A stretch of 34,034 nucleotides of DNA from an uncultured Verrucomicrobiota bacterium (GCA_964487175.1 CAZAQZ010000002.1:1-34034); one strand, 5' to 3'; positions 8,624 to 20,422 are shown, counted from the first letter of the stretch. Made by a program: numbers and translations. The notes: generated by a model not told the origin, from the letters alone.

Positions 8624-9124
8624 CTACTTCTCCGTCGCCGGGGTTGTGGGTTCCTTGTGGTGGATGCCGGGCAGCGGAAGATCTTCACATTGCCCGCCCG
8701 CTTTCGTGATGTGTTCGCGTGCCGAAGCACTGAACTTCTGCGCTTTGACGGTCAGTTTCTTTTTCAGCTCCCCGCCCCCAAGAATCTTTACTCCATCAAG
8801 CAGCTTCTTGAGGATGCCCCGCTCAACAAGGGCCTCTGGTGTGACGGTTTCCCCGTCCTTAAAAGCATTGAGGGCTTCCACGTTCACCGTGGAGAATTCT
8901 GTGCGAAATGCACGATTATTGAAGCCTCGTTTGGGGATACGCCGCAGCAGGGGCATTTGGCCGCCTTCAAATCCCAGGCGGATGCTTCCGCCCGACCGCG
9001 CCGTCTGGCCTTTGCCGCCGCGACCACTGGTCTTACCGTGGCCTGAACTTTCGCCAATGCCCAACCGTTTTGTACGATGTTTAGCCCCAGGCCGGGGTTT
9101 TAGATTGTGTAACCGCATTGTCAT
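8624..9124 (-). CDS. rplO: 50S ribosomal protein uL15
   Basis: 166 aa. [40 protein letters not shown]… is canonical L15. The start may instead be the third codon (ATG at 9118). Confidence 0.96.
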   Translation of the reverse strand: MTMRLHNLKPRPGAKHRTKRLGIGESSGHGKTSGRGGKGQTARSGGSIRLGFEGGQMPLLRRIPKRGFNNRAFRTEFSTVNVEALNAFKDGETVTPEALVERGILKKLLDGVKILGGGELKKKLTVKAQKFSASAREHITKAGGQCEDLPLPGIHHKEPTTPATEK

Positions 9125-9125
9125 G

Positions 9126-9716
9126 TCAATGTGCTCCCGCTGCGGCTGGTCGCGACATTCCTCGCACCCGGAAGATCTCAGCCTTAGGGCGTAATTTGGA
9201 CAGAGCGTCCATCGTTGCTTTCACAACATTCACGGCGTTGCTTGACCCGAGGGACTTGCTCAGTACGTCTCGTATTCCCGCCGCGTCGATAACCGACCGC
9301 ACCGTACCACCAGCGATCACTCCCGTGCCAGGAGAGGCAGGCCGAAGCAGCACGCGGCCGCCGCCGAATACGCCAATAATGTCATGCGGGATGGTATTCC
9401 CCTTCAAATTTACTGGAACCATCGACCTCTTGGCTCGCTCAGTGCCCTTGCGGATCGCGTCGGCCACCTCGTTGGCCTTGCCAAAACCGTAGCCAACCCG
9501 CCCACGCCGGTCGCCGACGACCACCAATGCGCTAAAGTGAAACCGCCGCCCACCTTTGACGACCTTGGCACTGCGGTTGACATATACAACCTTTTCAACC
9601 AGCTCACCTTCGTGCTCCAGCTCAAGGCCGAATTCTTCCACCGCAGCACCGGGTGAAGTTTCCTTGCCCTTCGGCGTTACCGGTTTCGCAATTTTCGGTT
9701 TTTTTTCCGGTGGCAT
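9126..9716 (-). CDS. rpsE: 30S ribosomal protein uS5 with short Lys/Pro-rich N-terminal extension
   Basis: 196 aa. The core is …[45 protein letters not shown]…. The stop lies 1 nt before the rplO start. Confidence 0.97.
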   Translation of the reverse strand: MPPEKKPKIAKPVTPKGKETSPGAAVEEFGLELEHEGELVEKVVYVNRSAKVVKGGRRFHFSALVVVGDRRGRVGYGFGKANEVADAIRKGTERAKRSMVPVNLKGNTIPHDIIGVFGGGRVLLRPASPGTGVIAGGTVRSVIDAAGIRDVLSKSLGSSNAVNVVKATMDALSKLRPKAEIFRVRGMSRPAAAGAH

Positions 9717-9718
9717 AA

Positions 9719-10075
9719 TTAAAATTTCAACCCCGCTTCACGTGCCGCGTCAGCCAGCGCTTTGACACGGCCGTGGTACTTGAACCCGCCGCGATCAAAC
9801 ACGACTTCCGCAATTTTCTTTTCCTTCGCTTTCTCGGCAGCCAAGGCCCCCACTTTTTTCGCTCCAGCCATATTGGATTTTGTGCCCTTTGCATCTGCCG
9901 CCGATGTGCTCACGGCTATCAATGTCTTGCCTTGCACGTCGTCAATCAACTGCACGTAGATGTGCTTGCCTGTAAAACACACACTCATCCGCGGGCGTTG
10001 TGCCGTGCCGCGAATCTTCTGTCGCAGCCGCATATGACGGCGTTCCCGGCGTTCAATTTTCGTGATGGGTCTCAT
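9719..10075 (-). CDS. rplR: 50S ribosomal protein uL18
   Basis: 118 aa. …[34 protein letters not shown]…[26 protein letters not shown] is canonical L18. Confidence 0.97.
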   Translation of the reverse strand: MRPITKIERRERRHMRLRQKIRGTAQRPRMSVCFTGKHIYVQLIDDVQGKTLIAVSTSAADAKGTKSNMAGAKKVGALAAEKAKEKKIAEVVFDRGGFKYHGRVKALADAAREAGLKF

Positions 10076-10082
10076 TGCTCGA

Positions 10083-10640
10083 TTACCCCGCAGTCGTTAC
10101 AGTCTTGCCGGCCTTGCGCCGCACTTGTTCACCCACATAGCGGATCCCCTTGCCCTTATATGGCTCCGGCGGATAGAAGCGCCGAATCCGCGCTGCGACC
10201 TCCCCGACCATCTGCTTGTCCGCTCCTTCGATGGTGATTTGCGGTTTTTTGTCCGCGGTGTCCACTACCGTCACCTTGATGTTCTTCGGAATCGGAAACA
10301 GCACGGGATGTGAATAGCCAAGCAGCAACTGTAAATTCGTCCCCTGCACGGCCGCCTTGAACCCGACTCCTTCAACCAGTAACTGCTTCGAATAGCCCTC
10401 GTTGACACCCTTGACCATGTTGGCCAGGAGGCTCCTCGTCAATCCCCATCGGGATTTCCCCACCCGATCGACTTGTGCAGTTGTTGCGATAATCTTGCCG
10501 TCCTTGACTTCCACCTTGATCGGCGACGGCACGACCCAGCCCAGCTTGCCCTTAGGTCCTTCGATCAAGACCGACTGGCCCTTGATTTCGACCTTCGTCT
10601 TAGCAGGTATTTCAACAGGTTGTTTTCCAATTCGGGACAT
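10083..10640 (-). CDS. rplF: 50S ribosomal protein uL6
   Basis: 185 aa. [33 protein letters not shown]…GYSHPV… is canonical L6. Confidence 0.97.
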   Translation of the reverse strand: MSRIGKQPVEIPAKTKVEIKGQSVLIEGPKGKLGWVVPSPIKVEVKDGKIIATTAQVDRVGKSRWGLTRSLLANMVKGVNEGYSKQLLVEGVGFKAAVQGTNLQLLLGYSHPVLFPIPKNIKVTVVDTADKKPQITIEGADKQMVGEVAARIRRFYPPEPYKGKGIRYVGEQVRRKAGKTVTTAG

Positions 10641-10643
10641 AAC

Positions 10644-11042
10644 TCACCAAACGTAAGCCAAAATTTCACCACCCACGTTGGCCTTTTTGGCCTCGTGTCC
10701 CGTCATCACCCCTCGTGAAGTCGTAAGGATGGAAATCCCCATGCCGCCGAGAACGCGGGGGATGTCCTGGGAGGCGGAGTACCGACGCAGGCCTGGCTTG
10801 CTGATGCGTTTGATGCCAACAATGGCGCGGTCCTTCCCGATCGTCTTCAGTTGGACTTTCAACACCTGCCTGCCATTCTCCTGCTTTTCCGCGTAAAAAT
10901 CCGCCACGTAACCGTTTTGCTTCAGCACGCGTGCCACCTCCGCCTTCAGCCGCGAATATGGAATTTCGGTTTCCGCCTTGCTCGCGCGATTCGCGTTGCG
11001 AATCCGCGTCAACATGTCGGCAATGGGATCGGTGACGTTCAT
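10644..11042 (-). CDS. rpsH: 30S ribosomal protein uS8
   Basis: 132 aa. MNVTDPIADMLTRIRNANRA…GGEILAYVW is canonical S8. Confidence 0.98.
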   Translation of the reverse strand: MNVTDPIADMLTRIRNANRASKAETEIPYSRLKAEVARVLKQNGYVADFYAEKQENGRQVLKVQLKTIGKDRAIVGIKRISKPGLRRYSASQDIPRVLGGMGISILTTSRGVMTGHEAKKANVGGEILAYVW

Positions 11043-11045
11043 GAG

Positions 11046-11231
11046 TTACCAACTCGCTTTAGTAACGCCGGGGATCTTGCCCTGGCTTGCCAGTTCGCGG
11101 AAGCAGATGCGGCAGATCTGGAACCGGCGGACAAAACCGCGTCGCCGTCCGCAGACCTTGCAACGGTTGTACTTGCGCGACGAAAATTTCGCGGGCCGTG
11201 ACTGCTTCACCATTAAACAAAGTTTCGCCAT
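11046..11231 (-). CDS. rpsN: 30S ribosomal protein uS14, short type-Z Zn-binding form
   Basis: 61 aa. …[27 protein letters not shown]…W has two CxxC pairs. Position between rplE and rpsH. Confidence 0.97.
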   Translation of the reverse strand: MAKLCLMVKQSRPAKFSSRKYNRCKVCGRRRGFVRRFQICRICFRELASQGKIPGVTKASW

Positions 11232-11245
11232 AACTCCTTAATCCT

Positions 11246-11782
11246 TTAACTGCTGAACGGCATTCCCATCAGCTTGAGCAACTCCTTCGCCTCGGCGTCC
11301 GTATTGGCGCTGGTGACAATCGTCACGTCCATGCCCAAGTTATGCTTGATCTTGTCCAATTCCACTTCCGGAAAAATCGTCTGGTCGCGCACGCCCATCG
11401 TATAACTTCCCCGGCCATCGAACCCACGCGGTGAGACACCGCGAAAGTCGCGAATGCGGGGCAGTGCTGCATTGAAAAATCGCTCCAGAAATTCATACAT
11501 CCGCAACCCGCGCAACGTCACCTTCACTCCCACGGGCATGTCCTTGCGCACTTTGAAATTGGAAATGCTTTTCTTCGCTCGTGTCACCACGGGTTTCTGT
11601 CCTGTGATCGTCGCCAATTCCTGCTGAGCCTCGTTGATGACGTCCTTCTCGTGGTTGGAATTGATGCCCATGTTGAGCACGACCTTCTCCACCTTCGGCA
11701 CCTGCATGTGATTGGTGTAGCGGCCGCCCTTCATAAGCTGTTCCACCACCTGCTTTTTATATGTTTCGTAAAGCTGCGCCAT
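11246..11782 (-). CDS. rplE: 50S ribosomal protein uL5
   Basis: 178 aa. …[13 protein letters not shown]…[22 protein letters not shown]…[10 protein letters not shown] is canonical L5. Confidence 0.97.
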   Translation of the reverse strand: MAQLYETYKKQVVEQLMKGGRYTNHMQVPKVEKVVLNMGINSNHEKDVINEAQQELATITGQKPVVTRAKKSISNFKVRKDMPVGVKVTLRGLRMYEFLERFFNAALPRIRDFRGVSPRGFDGRGSYTMGVRDQTIFPEVELDKIKHNLGMDVTIVTSANTDAEAKELLKLMGMPFSS

Positions 11783-11786
11783 AACC

Positions 11787-12068
11787 TTAAATCTTCACTT
11801 CCGTCGGAACGCCACCCCGCTTCTTCCGGCGAGCGTCGTACTTGTCCTGCAACATCACCTTGGAGAGAGCGATCGCGCTTTCTTTGGTGACGATGCCGCC
11901 CTGTGGGTTCTGCTGGGTCTTGCGTAACGCCTTGTGGATCATGTTCACTCCCTCGACCAGCACCCGCTCCTTGTTCGGGAACGTGGCAAGCACTTTGCCG
12001 ACTTTGCCTTTTTCCTCGCCCCAGAGAACCACCACCATGTCATTTCTCTTTATGTGTAAATTCTTCAT
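11787..12068 (-). CDS. rplX: 50S ribosomal protein uL24
   Basis: 93 aa. [27 protein letters not shown] has the KOW motif. Position between rplN and rplE. Confidence 0.96.
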   Translation of the reverse strand: MKNLHIKRNDMVVVLWGEEKGKVGKVLATFPNKERVLVEGVNMIHKALRKTQQNPQGGIVTKESAIALSKVMLQDKYDARRKKRGGVPTEVKI

Positions 12069-12071
12069 AAC

Positions 12072-12437
12072 TCACAGCACCTCGGGCGCAAGCGAAATAA
12101 TCTTCGTGAAATTCTTGTCGCGCAGCTCGCGAGCCACCGGACCAAAAATGCGTGTGCCCTTCGGATTGAGTTGCTGGTCGATGATCACCACCGCGTTATT
12201 GTCGAACCGAAGATACGAACCATCTGGACGACGCAACGGCGATCTTGTCCGCACTACGACGCAGGTCACCACTTCGCCCTTTTTCACCGTACCGTCCGGA
12301 GCCGCTTCCTTGATGTGCGCTTTGATTACGTCTCCAATGCGAGCGTACCGCTTCTGGTGGCCAAGAACACCGATCGCCCAAGCCACCCGGGCTCCCGTGT
12401 TGTCGGCTACGTCCAGATGTGTGCGAATCTGAATCAT
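12072..12437 (-). CDS. rplN: 50S ribosomal protein uL14
   Basis: 121 aa. [17 protein letters not shown]…[10 protein letters not shown]…[12 protein letters not shown] is canonical L14. ATGA overlap with the rpsQ stop. Confidence 0.98.
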   Translation of the reverse strand: MIQIRTHLDVADNTGARVAWAIGVLGHQKRYARIGDVIKAHIKEAAPDGTVKKGEVVTCVVVRTRSPLRRPDGSYLRFDNNAVVIIDQQLNPKGTRIFGPVARELRDKNFTKIISLAPEVL

Positions 12438-12724
12438 ACTTCTGCTTTCTCAATCTGCTGCGCCTTCTCCAGCACTTGCGCCAGCGTCCACCGCTTTAAT
12501 CTGCTCAAGGGTCTGGACTCGACGATGCGCACTTTGTCTCCCACACCGGCTTCGCTCTTCTCATCATGCGCGTAAAACTTTTTGTACTTCGTCATGACCT
12601 TCTGATACCGCGGATGTCGGATACGCCGGGCAACCTCAACAACGATGGTCTTCTCCATCTTGTCGCTGACGACTTCTCCGACGAATTCCTTCCTGATCGC
12701 GCTGCTCTGTGCTTGTTCCGCCAT
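12434..12724 (-). CDS. rpsQ: 30S ribosomal protein uS17
   Basis: 96 aa. …[44 protein letters not shown]…[18 protein letters not shown] is canonical S17. Confidence 0.97.
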   Translation of the reverse strand: MAEQAQSSAIRKEFVGEVVSDKMEKTIVVEVARRIRHPRYQKVMTKYKKFYAHDEKSEAGVGDKVRIVESRPLSRLKRWTLAQVLEKAQQIEKAEV

Positions 12725-12743
12725 AATCCAGACCGTGTTTCCG

Positions 12744-12950
12744 CTACTTGTTCACTGCGCCTTTCAGTTGGCGCTGTCTTAATATCGTTTCCACCCGGGC
12801 AATGTCATGACGCACTTCACGCAAATGACTTGGCCGCTCCAGCCGTGCCGTCTGCTGCTGCAACCGCAGGTTGAATAACTCCTGCCGCAAGTCCCGCAAC
12901 TTGGCTTCGGCCTCGGCATCCGTCATTTCGAGTATTTCCTTCGGCTTCAT
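12744..12950 (-). CDS. rpmC: 50S ribosomal protein uL29
   Basis: 68 aa. …LRDLRQELFNLRLQQQTARLERPSHLREVRHDIARV is canonical L29. Position between rplP and rpsQ. Confidence 0.96.
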   Translation of the reverse strand: MKPKEILEMTDAEAEAKLRDLRQELFNLRLQQQTARLERPSHLREVRHDIARVETILRQRQLKGAVNK

Positions 12951-12952
12951 TG

Positions 12953-13363
12953 TCAGCGTCTCTTCAAAAATCTCGTTCTGACCGGCAGTTTCGAAGCAGC
13001 CAGACGGAGTGATTCTCGCGCCAAGACCTCCGTCACCCCGCCCATCTCAAACAGCACATTGCCAGGCCGCACCACGGCTACCCAAAACTCTGGGTTTCCC
13101 TTTCCTTTGCCCATGCGGGTCTCCGGTGGCCGCTTCGTCACAGGCTTGTCCGGAAAAATCCGAATCCATAGTTTGCCGCGGCGTTTCATATTCCGTGAGA
13201 GCGCGACGCGGCACGCTTCAATTTGCACGTTCGTCAACCATGCTCGCTCCAGCGTCTGCAGCCCATATTCGCCAAAGGCCACCGTAGCCCCGCGATACGC
13301 GATTCCCGTGCGGCTGCCGCGCTGCGCTTTGCGATGCTTTACTCTTGTCGGTATTAGTGGCAT
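12953..13363 (-). CDS. rplP: 50S ribosomal protein uL16
   Basis: 136 aa. [20 protein letters not shown]…[19 protein letters not shown] is canonical L16. Confidence 0.98.
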   Translation of the reverse strand: MPLIPTRVKHRKAQRGSRTGIAYRGATVAFGEYGLQTLERAWLTNVQIEACRVALSRNMKRRGKLWIRIFPDKPVTKRPPETRMGKGKGNPEFWVAVVRPGNVLFEMGGVTEVLARESLRLAASKLPVRTRFLKRR

Positions 13364-13388
13364 TCCAAATTCCTCTTGCTACCAGATA

Positions 13389-14072
13389 CTACGCTGGCGC
13401 CGGTGCTGTCGGCCCGACGGGTGTGGCCGCCACCGGTTGCTGCTTCAATTGGCGTTCGCCCTTGCAAATCCATACCTTCACACCAATCTTGCCGTATACG
13501 GTATGCGCTTCCGCAAAACCGTAATCAATATCGGCTCGTAACGTGTGCAACGGTATCTTGCCGGTGCGATATTTCTCCCGACGCGCCAACTCTGCGCCGC
13601 CCAACCGTCCGCCGCAAGCCACCTTGATGCCCTGTGCGCCAAAGTCCATCGTCGTCTGCACTGACTTCTTCATGGCCCGACGAAAGCTGATGCGCCGCTC
13701 CAATTGCAGCGCGATGTTCTCCGCCACCAACTGAGCGTCCAGTTCCGGCGTCTTGATCTCCACGATGTCGACGTAAATCTCCTTGCCGGTCAGGCGCCCG
13801 AGTTCTTCCTTTAATTTGTCAATTTCAGCGCCTTTGCGACCAATCACGATCCCGGGACGCGCCGTGTGTATCGTGATCCGCGCGCGATTCGCGTAGCGCT
13901 CAATCAACACCTTCGAAACGGCGGCGGATGCCAGGCGGGTCTTGACAATATCGCGAATCTTAATGTCTTCCAGCAGCAGCGGCGCATAGTCCTTCTTATC
14001 TGCATACCATTTCGACAACCAATCCTTGGTCACTGCAATGCGCATTCCTACTGGATTTACTTTTTGGCCCAT
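13389..14072 (-). CDS. rpsC: 30S ribosomal protein uS3
   Basis: 227 aa. [18 protein letters not shown]…[20 protein letters not shown]…[10 protein letters not shown] is canonical S3. Confidence 0.98.
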   Translation of the reverse strand: MGQKVNPVGMRIAVTKDWLSKWYADKKDYAPLLLEDIKIRDIVKTRLASAAVSKVLIERYANRARITIHTARPGIVIGRKGAEIDKLKEELGRLTGKEIYVDIVEIKTPELDAQLVAENIALQLERRISFRRAMKKSVQTTMDFGAQGIKVACGGRLGGAELARREKYRTGKIPLHTLRADIDYGFAEAHTVYGKIGVKVWICKGERQLKQQPVAATPVGPTAPAPA

Positions 14073-14075
14073 AAT

Positions 14076-14411
14076 TTATTGTCCGTCAGTCAGTATGATC
14101 TGAATGTGGCTAGTGCGCTTGATAATCGGCCCTGCACTGCCACGCGCCTTCGGTTGAAAGCGTTTCAGGCGCGGCCCTTCATTGGCCACCGCCTCCTTCA
14201 CGCGTAACGAGTCCGCAGCCAGCTTCGCATTGTTTGTCGCATTGGCGATTGCTGACTTCAGCGTCTTCTCCACCATACGCGCCGACTTGCGCGGAACAAA
14301 CCGCAGCACCTCAAGAGCCCGCGACGCGCTCAGACCCTGAATCATACGCGTCACTTCCCCGACTTTCGAGGGACTCATCCGTGAATATTTCGTTATCGCT
14401 TTAACGTCCAT
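14076..14411 (-). CDS. rplV: 50S ribosomal protein uL22
   Basis: I call the ATG at 14411 (MDVKAITKYSRMSPSKVGEVTRMIQGLSASRALEVLRF…, 111 aa) as the start. The ORF-track version (to 14534) adds 41 Trp/Arg/Cys-rich residues from a TTG that overlaps the upstream ORF in another frame. Confidence 0.95.
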   Translation of the reverse strand: MDVKAITKYSRMSPSKVGEVTRMIQGLSASRALEVLRFVPRKSARMVEKTLKSAIANATNNAKLAADSLRVKEAVANEGPRLKRFQPKARGSAGPIIKRTSHIQIILTDGQ

Positions 14412-14418
14412 AAATCGT

Positions 14419-15177
14419 TCAGCTTTTCGTCGCTCGCGCCACGTCTCCGGCCGCCGGCAAGAGATCCTTCTCCATTCTCTCCACCAGCCCTCCCGAGATC
14501 CGTCGGCGCACTTCAACAACTCGTAATTCCGCAATCACCTTCCCGCCGCGCACTACCGCAAACGGCATCCCAATCCGCACCCCCTGCAGTTCTCCCACAT
14601 CGAGCACTACCAGTTGCAGACGTGCATCAAAGTCCACCACTCTGGCTGATTGCAACGTCGATGTCGAGGGTTTTGTCCCCGCTGCCTGAGCCTGTTTTCC
14701 AGCCTCCATCGCAGCAAGTAAACCCTTGGTTCGATTCACCTCAACGGCTACATCGTGATTCGATTCCACCGCCGTCAGCAGCGCCTTCAACCGATCCACC
14801 ATGCGCAGTTGCTCGGCTTGTTCAAGGTACAGCGCGCGAACGCCTTCAAGCAATTGCCTCTGCCTCGCTCCGGAGTCGATGTCTGAAGGGTTCGCCCCCA
14901 GCGTTTGTGCCCGAAGCTGCGCCTCTGTCCAGCGTTGTCGAAACAGGTCGCTTTCAGTTCGCGCGATCGCCAGATTCTCCTGCAAGGTCCGGATCAGCGC
15001 ATCACGTTGCTCCAGTTGCCGCTTAAGATCCGCAACATTCACCCGCAGTTTTTCCACAGCTAATCGCAACTCATCAAGTTGCGTCTGCTGTGGATCATCT
15101 GCGTGCAGCAGCGAAACCAGTCCAAAGAACAATACAGCCAACAACCAAATTCCTGCTCGTGCTCGCCGTGCTGGCAC
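14419..15177 (-). CDS. Hypothetical exported coiled-coil protein (signal peptide, ~150-aa coiled coil, ~70-aa beta-rich C-terminal module) inserted between rpsS and rplV
   Basis: 252 codons open on the same strand as the operon. The GTG start (cac at 15175..15177) has GGAG (ctcc at 15184..15187) 6 nt upstream and lies 18 nt after the rpsS TAA. The TGA at 14419..14421 is 7 nt before the rplV ATG. The N-terminus RRARAG-IWLLAVLFFGLVSLL-HA/DD looks like a Sec signal or signal anchor. A heptad-like Q/R/E/L-rich stretch follows (LDELRLAVEKLRVNVADLKRQLEQRDALIRTLQENL…). The C-terminus is ARVVDFDARLQLVVLDVGELQGVRIGMPFAVVRGGKVIAELRVVEVRRRISGG. Codon style resembles the neighbours. I recognised no family. 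Confidence 0.8.
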   Translation of the reverse strand: MPARRARAGIWLLAVLFFGLVSLLHADDPQQTQLDELRLAVEKLRVNVADLKRQLEQRDALIRTLQENLAIARTESDLFRQRWTEAQLRAQTLGANPSDIDSGARQRQLLEGVRALYLEQAEQLRMVDRLKALLTAVESNHDVAVEVNRTKGLLAAMEAGKQAQAAGTKPSTSTLQSARVVDFDARLQLVVLDVGELQGVRIGMPFAVVRGGKVIAELRVVEVRRRISGGLVERMEKDLLPAAGDVARATKS

Positions 15178-15195
15178 GGTGTGCTCCGAACGCCT

Positions 15196-15471
15196 TTACT
15201 TCGCAGCCGCCTTCTCCGTATGGGCCCCGTGCGCCCTAAACGTGCGCGTCGGCGAAAACTCACCCAAACGATGTCCCACCATGTTCTCCGTTACGAACAC
15301 CGGTGTATGCTGTTTGCCGTTATGCACCAAAAACGTGTGTCCGACAAATTCAGGAATAATCATGGACCGTCGTGACCACGTCTTGATCGGCCTTTTCTCT
15401 GCCGGCATCTTCTGCACCTTGACGAACAAATGCTCGTCAACAAATGGACCCTTTTTCAGCGAACGTCCCAT
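15196..15471 (-). CDS. rpsS: 30S ribosomal protein uS19
   Basis: 91 aa. [16 protein letters not shown]…[27 protein letters not shown]…GHRLGEF is canonical S19. Confidence 0.98.
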   Translation of the reverse strand: MGRSLKKGPFVDEHLFVKVQKMPAEKRPIKTWSRRSMIIPEFVGHTFLVHNGKQHTPVFVTENMVGHRLGEFSPTRTFRAHGAHTEKAAAK

Positions 15472-16308
15472 CTATTTCTTCCTTCTTTCCAAAATGAATG
15501 CGTTCGAATACTTCTTCTTGCGACGTGTCTTGCCGCCCTTGGCCAGCTTACCCCACGGAGACACGGGGTGATGCCAGCCACCGCCGCCCTTACTCTTACC
15601 CTGACCACCACCCATCGGGTGGTCAACAGGATTGCGCGCCATGCCGCGCGTGATGGGACGAATCCCCAGCCAGCGACTGCGACCTGCCTTACCCAGCAAC
15701 ACGTTCATGTGGTCGGGATTTCCGACCTGACCGATTGTTGCATAGCAGTCCGCGTGAATCTTGCGGATTTCACCGGACGGCAGTTTCACCGTTGCATAAT
15801 CTCCCTCCACGCCCATTACTTGCGCGGCCATTGCGGCGCTCCGACACAACTGACCCCCGTGACCCTTGTGCAACTCAATGTTGTGAATGGGCAACCCCGA
15901 CATAATCTTTCGCAACGGCACCGCATTCCCAATGCTCAACTCGGCATCAGGCCCACTCATTATCTTTGCCCCAACTTCCAATCCCATCGGCGCCACAATG
16001 TAGCGCTTTTCACCGTCTTCATACCTGAGTAGCGCAATGCGCGCCGAGCGATTCGGATCATATTCAATCGCCTCTACGGACGCGGCAATTCCGATCTTGT
16101 CGCGTTTGAAATCAATGATGCGATACCGCTGCTTGTGTCCGCCACCAATCCCACGGGACGTAAGCCGCCCATGACAATTGCGTCCGCCTGTCTTGCGTTT
16201 AGCGACCGTCAGCTTCGCCTCGGGCTTGTGCTTCGTAATCTCCGAGTAATCGGGAAGCACAGTCCCCCGTAGGGACGGCGTCAACGGTCTGAATGATTTT
16301 AAACCCAT
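15472..16308 (-). CDS. rplB: 50S ribosomal protein uL2
   Basis: 278 aa. …[26 protein letters not shown]…[20 protein letters not shown]… is canonical L2. Confidence 0.98.
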   Translation of the reverse strand: MGLKSFRPLTPSLRGTVLPDYSEITKHKPEAKLTVAKRKTGGRNCHGRLTSRGIGGGHKQRYRIIDFKRDKIGIAASVEAIEYDPNRSARIALLRYEDGEKRYIVAPMGLEVGAKIMSGPDAELSIGNAVPLRKIMSGLPIHNIELHKGHGGQLCRSAAMAAQVMGVEGDYATVKLPSGEIRKIHADCYATIGQVGNPDHMNVLLGKAGRSRWLGIRPITRGMARNPVDHPMGGGQGKSKGGGGWHHPVSPWGKLAKGGKTRRKKKYSNAFILERRKK

Positions 16309-16314
16309 GCTGAC

Positions 16315-16599
16315 CTACGAAATTTCGATTTTGTCGCCTTCTTTGAGCGTGACCAATGCCTTCTTCCATGCCGGCGTGCGGCCAAACTGCACAGTACGTT
16401 CCCGGCGCGCCTTGCCGCGTACGTGCATCGTGTTCACCCGAAGGACTTTTACTTTGAAAACCTTTTCCACCGCCTGCTTGATCTCGATCTTGTTTGCATG
16501 CCTGTCCACAACCACCTGGTATTGATTGGCCTTTTCGCCCAGGCTTGTCCCCTTCTCCGTGACGCGAACAGTCTTAATGATCTGGTACTGGTCCTTCAT
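16315..16599 (-). CDS. rplW: 50S ribosomal protein uL23
   Basis: 94 aa. …IIKTVRVTEKGTSL…QYQVVVDRHANKIEIKQAVEKVFKVKVLRVNT is canonical L23. ATGA overlap with the rplD stop. Confidence 0.97.
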   Translation of the reverse strand: MKDQYQIIKTVRVTEKGTSLGEKANQYQVVVDRHANKIEIKQAVEKVFKVKVLRVNTMHVRGKARRERTVQFGRTPAWKKALVTLKEGDKIEIS

Positions 16600-17228
16600 A
16601 CCTTGCCTGACCGTGCCTGCAGCTTTTCAAGCGCCGCCCTGGTCACCACGATCTTGTCAAATCGCAACAACTCGTAAGCGTTCACAGAATCAGCCCGTTC
16701 GAGTTGAACATCAGGCACGTTCCGTGATGCCAACTTCAGATTATCATCAACCTGATCGGCAACGATCAAGGTTGTTTTCGCCGCCGGCGCAAGCTTGCTC
16801 AGAACGCCCGCAAACTCCTTCGTCTTATGACTGCCAAGTTTCAATTCGTCCACGACGACGACATCACCCGCTGCCAAGCGTTCGCTCAACGCCTTCCGAA
16901 ATGCCAGCGACTTCACTTTCCTGGGCACATTGATCGAGTGGTCGCGCGGATGCGGGCCAAACACAACACCACCGCCACGCCACAACGGCGAGGCGAACGA
17001 GCCCGCCCGCGCACGGCCTGTTCCCTTCTGCTTCCACGGCTTCTTGCCAGAGCCATGCACTTCACTGATCTGCTTCACTTTCGACGTGCCAAGGCGTTGA
17101 TTCGCCATATAAGCCGTCACGGTGTCGTGAACCGCCTGAGTGCCCTTGCCGTCTCTAATCAGTAACTCATCGGCGAATTCGATTTCGCCTTTGGACGCTC
17201 CTGAAATATCGATTACAGAAAGTTTCAT
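16596..17228 (-). CDS. rplD: 50S ribosomal protein uL4
   Basis: 210 aa. …SGKKPWKQKGTGRARAGSFASPLWRGGGVVFGP… is canonical L4. Confidence 0.97.
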   Translation of the reverse strand: MKLSVIDISGASKGEIEFADELLIRDGKGTQAVHDTVTAYMANQRLGTSKVKQISEVHGSGKKPWKQKGTGRARAGSFASPLWRGGGVVFGPHPRDHSINVPRKVKSLAFRKALSERLAAGDVVVVDELKLGSHKTKEFAGVLSKLAPAAKTTLIVADQVDDNLKLASRNVPDVQLERADSVNAYELLRFDKIVVTRAALEKLQARSGKV

Positions 17229-17879
17229 TTAGGCTGCCTTGGCTGCCGGCTTGGTTTTCTTCTTCGCGTGGCGAACAACTACCAGACCGCCGCGCGGACC
17301 CGGAACAGCACCTTCTATGAACAACAAATTCTCCACCTCACGCACTTGCACAACCCTTAGGTTCTGCGTCGTAATGCACGTATGCCCCATGTGACCGGGC
17401 ATCCGCATGTTCTTGAATACGCGACCTGGAAACAGACGCTGTCCGATGGCGCCACCCCGGCGGTGCCATCCCTTCGCCCCGTGCGTCATGTCGCCACCCG
17501 CGAACTTATGCCGACGCACAACGCCTTGAAAACCCTTGCCCTTGCTCGTGGCAATCACGTCCACAAACTGGCCCGCTTGAAATTCCTTTACCGTGATCTT
17601 GTCGCCGACGTTAAACGCGACGTCGCCATCCGTGCGCCACTCCCGGATGAACCGTGCGGGAGCCGCGTTGGCCTTCTTGCAATGGCCTGTCAGCGGCTTG
17701 GTGGCGTGCTTTGGTTTACGTTCGCCCAAGCCGAGCTGCAATGCATGATAGCCATCCGGCTTCGGTGCCTTCTTTTGTAGCACGGTGCAGGGCCCGACCT
17801 CGATAACGGTAACCCCGGCAAGATCACCTTTCGCATCGAATAATTGCGTCATTCCAAGTTTTTTTCCCAACAGTTCCAT
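17229..17879 (-). CDS. rplC: 50S ribosomal protein uL3
   Basis: 216 aa. MELLGKKLGMTQLFD…SKGKGFQGVVRRHKFAGG…THG… is canonical L3. Confidence 0.98.
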   Translation of the reverse strand: MELLGKKLGMTQLFDAKGDLAGVTVIEVGPCTVLQKKAPKPDGYHALQLGLGERKPKHATKPLTGHCKKANAAPARFIREWRTDGDVAFNVGDKITVKEFQAGQFVDVIATSKGKGFQGVVRRHKFAGGDMTHGAKGWHRRGGAIGQRLFPGRVFKNMRMPGHMGHTCITTQNLRVVQVREVENLLFIEGAVPGPRGGLVVVRHAKKKTKPAAKAA

Positions 17880-17881
17880 AA

Positions 17882-18186
17882 CTAAATCTTAATGGTGATG
17901 TCCACACCCGCAGGCAGATTCAACTTCTTCAATTCATCCACAGTTTTGGCCGTGGGGTCAATAATATCAAGCAGCCGCTTATGGGTGCGCATCTCAAACT
18001 GCTCCATCGACTTCTTATCCGCATGCGGCGAACGGTTGACTGTGTGACGCCAGATATCGGTCGGCAACGGAATCGGGCCGGCAACCTTTGCGCCTGTCCG
18101 CTTGGCCGTTTCGACAATCTCGTGAGCCGACTGATCGAGCAGCCAGTGATCGTAGCCTTTGAGGCGAATTCTGATCCGCTGGTTGT

Positions 18187-18190
<4 letters not shown>
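17882..18190 (-). CDS. rpsJ: 30S ribosomal protein uS10
   Basis: 102 aa. [44 protein letters not shown]…[24 protein letters not shown] is canonical S10. The ATG overlaps the fusA TGA (ATGA). Confidence 0.98.
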
Positions 18191-20349
<2,159 letters not shown>

Positions 20350-20422
20350 GTTCCGTTCTTAAACTTTAAGTTGTGACGAAAGATATCCCGTTTGCTGTTT
20401 TCTTCGTGATTGCACGCCAGAA

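Noticed and set aside
10666-11052. 128-aa alternate-frame minus ORF over rpsH; similarly 4795..5214 over rpsK/rpsM, 5953..6405 over map and 12196..12453 over rplN
   Set aside because: These are same-strand off-frame ORFs inside canonical genes. They are Arg/Gly/Trp-rich, have no start signals and are not supported.
14440-14520. Reading RRRISGG in the inserted ORF's C-terminal module as a PilZ-type c-di-GMP motif
   Set aside because: It is only a loose resemblance to the D/N-x-S-x-x-G element. There is no properly spaced upstream RxxxR motif, and a PilZ domain would not be expected on an exported protein. This is not supportable by eye.
14412-14534. Longer rplV ORF (152 aa) starting at the TTG at 14534
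   Set aside because: The extra 41 residues (MRNYELLKCADGSREGWWREWRRISCRRPETW…) are unlike L22 and overlap the C-terminus of the inserted ORF in another frame. The ATG at 14411 gives the canonical MDVKAITKYSRMSP… start.
14801-15571. 256-aa + strand ORF opposite the inserted ORF, rpsS and the rplB 3' end
   Set aside because: It runs antisense through rpsS and into rplB, which are certainly coding on the minus strand. Its Ser/Cys/Arg-rich product has no features. It does not challenge the minus-strand call for 14419..15177.
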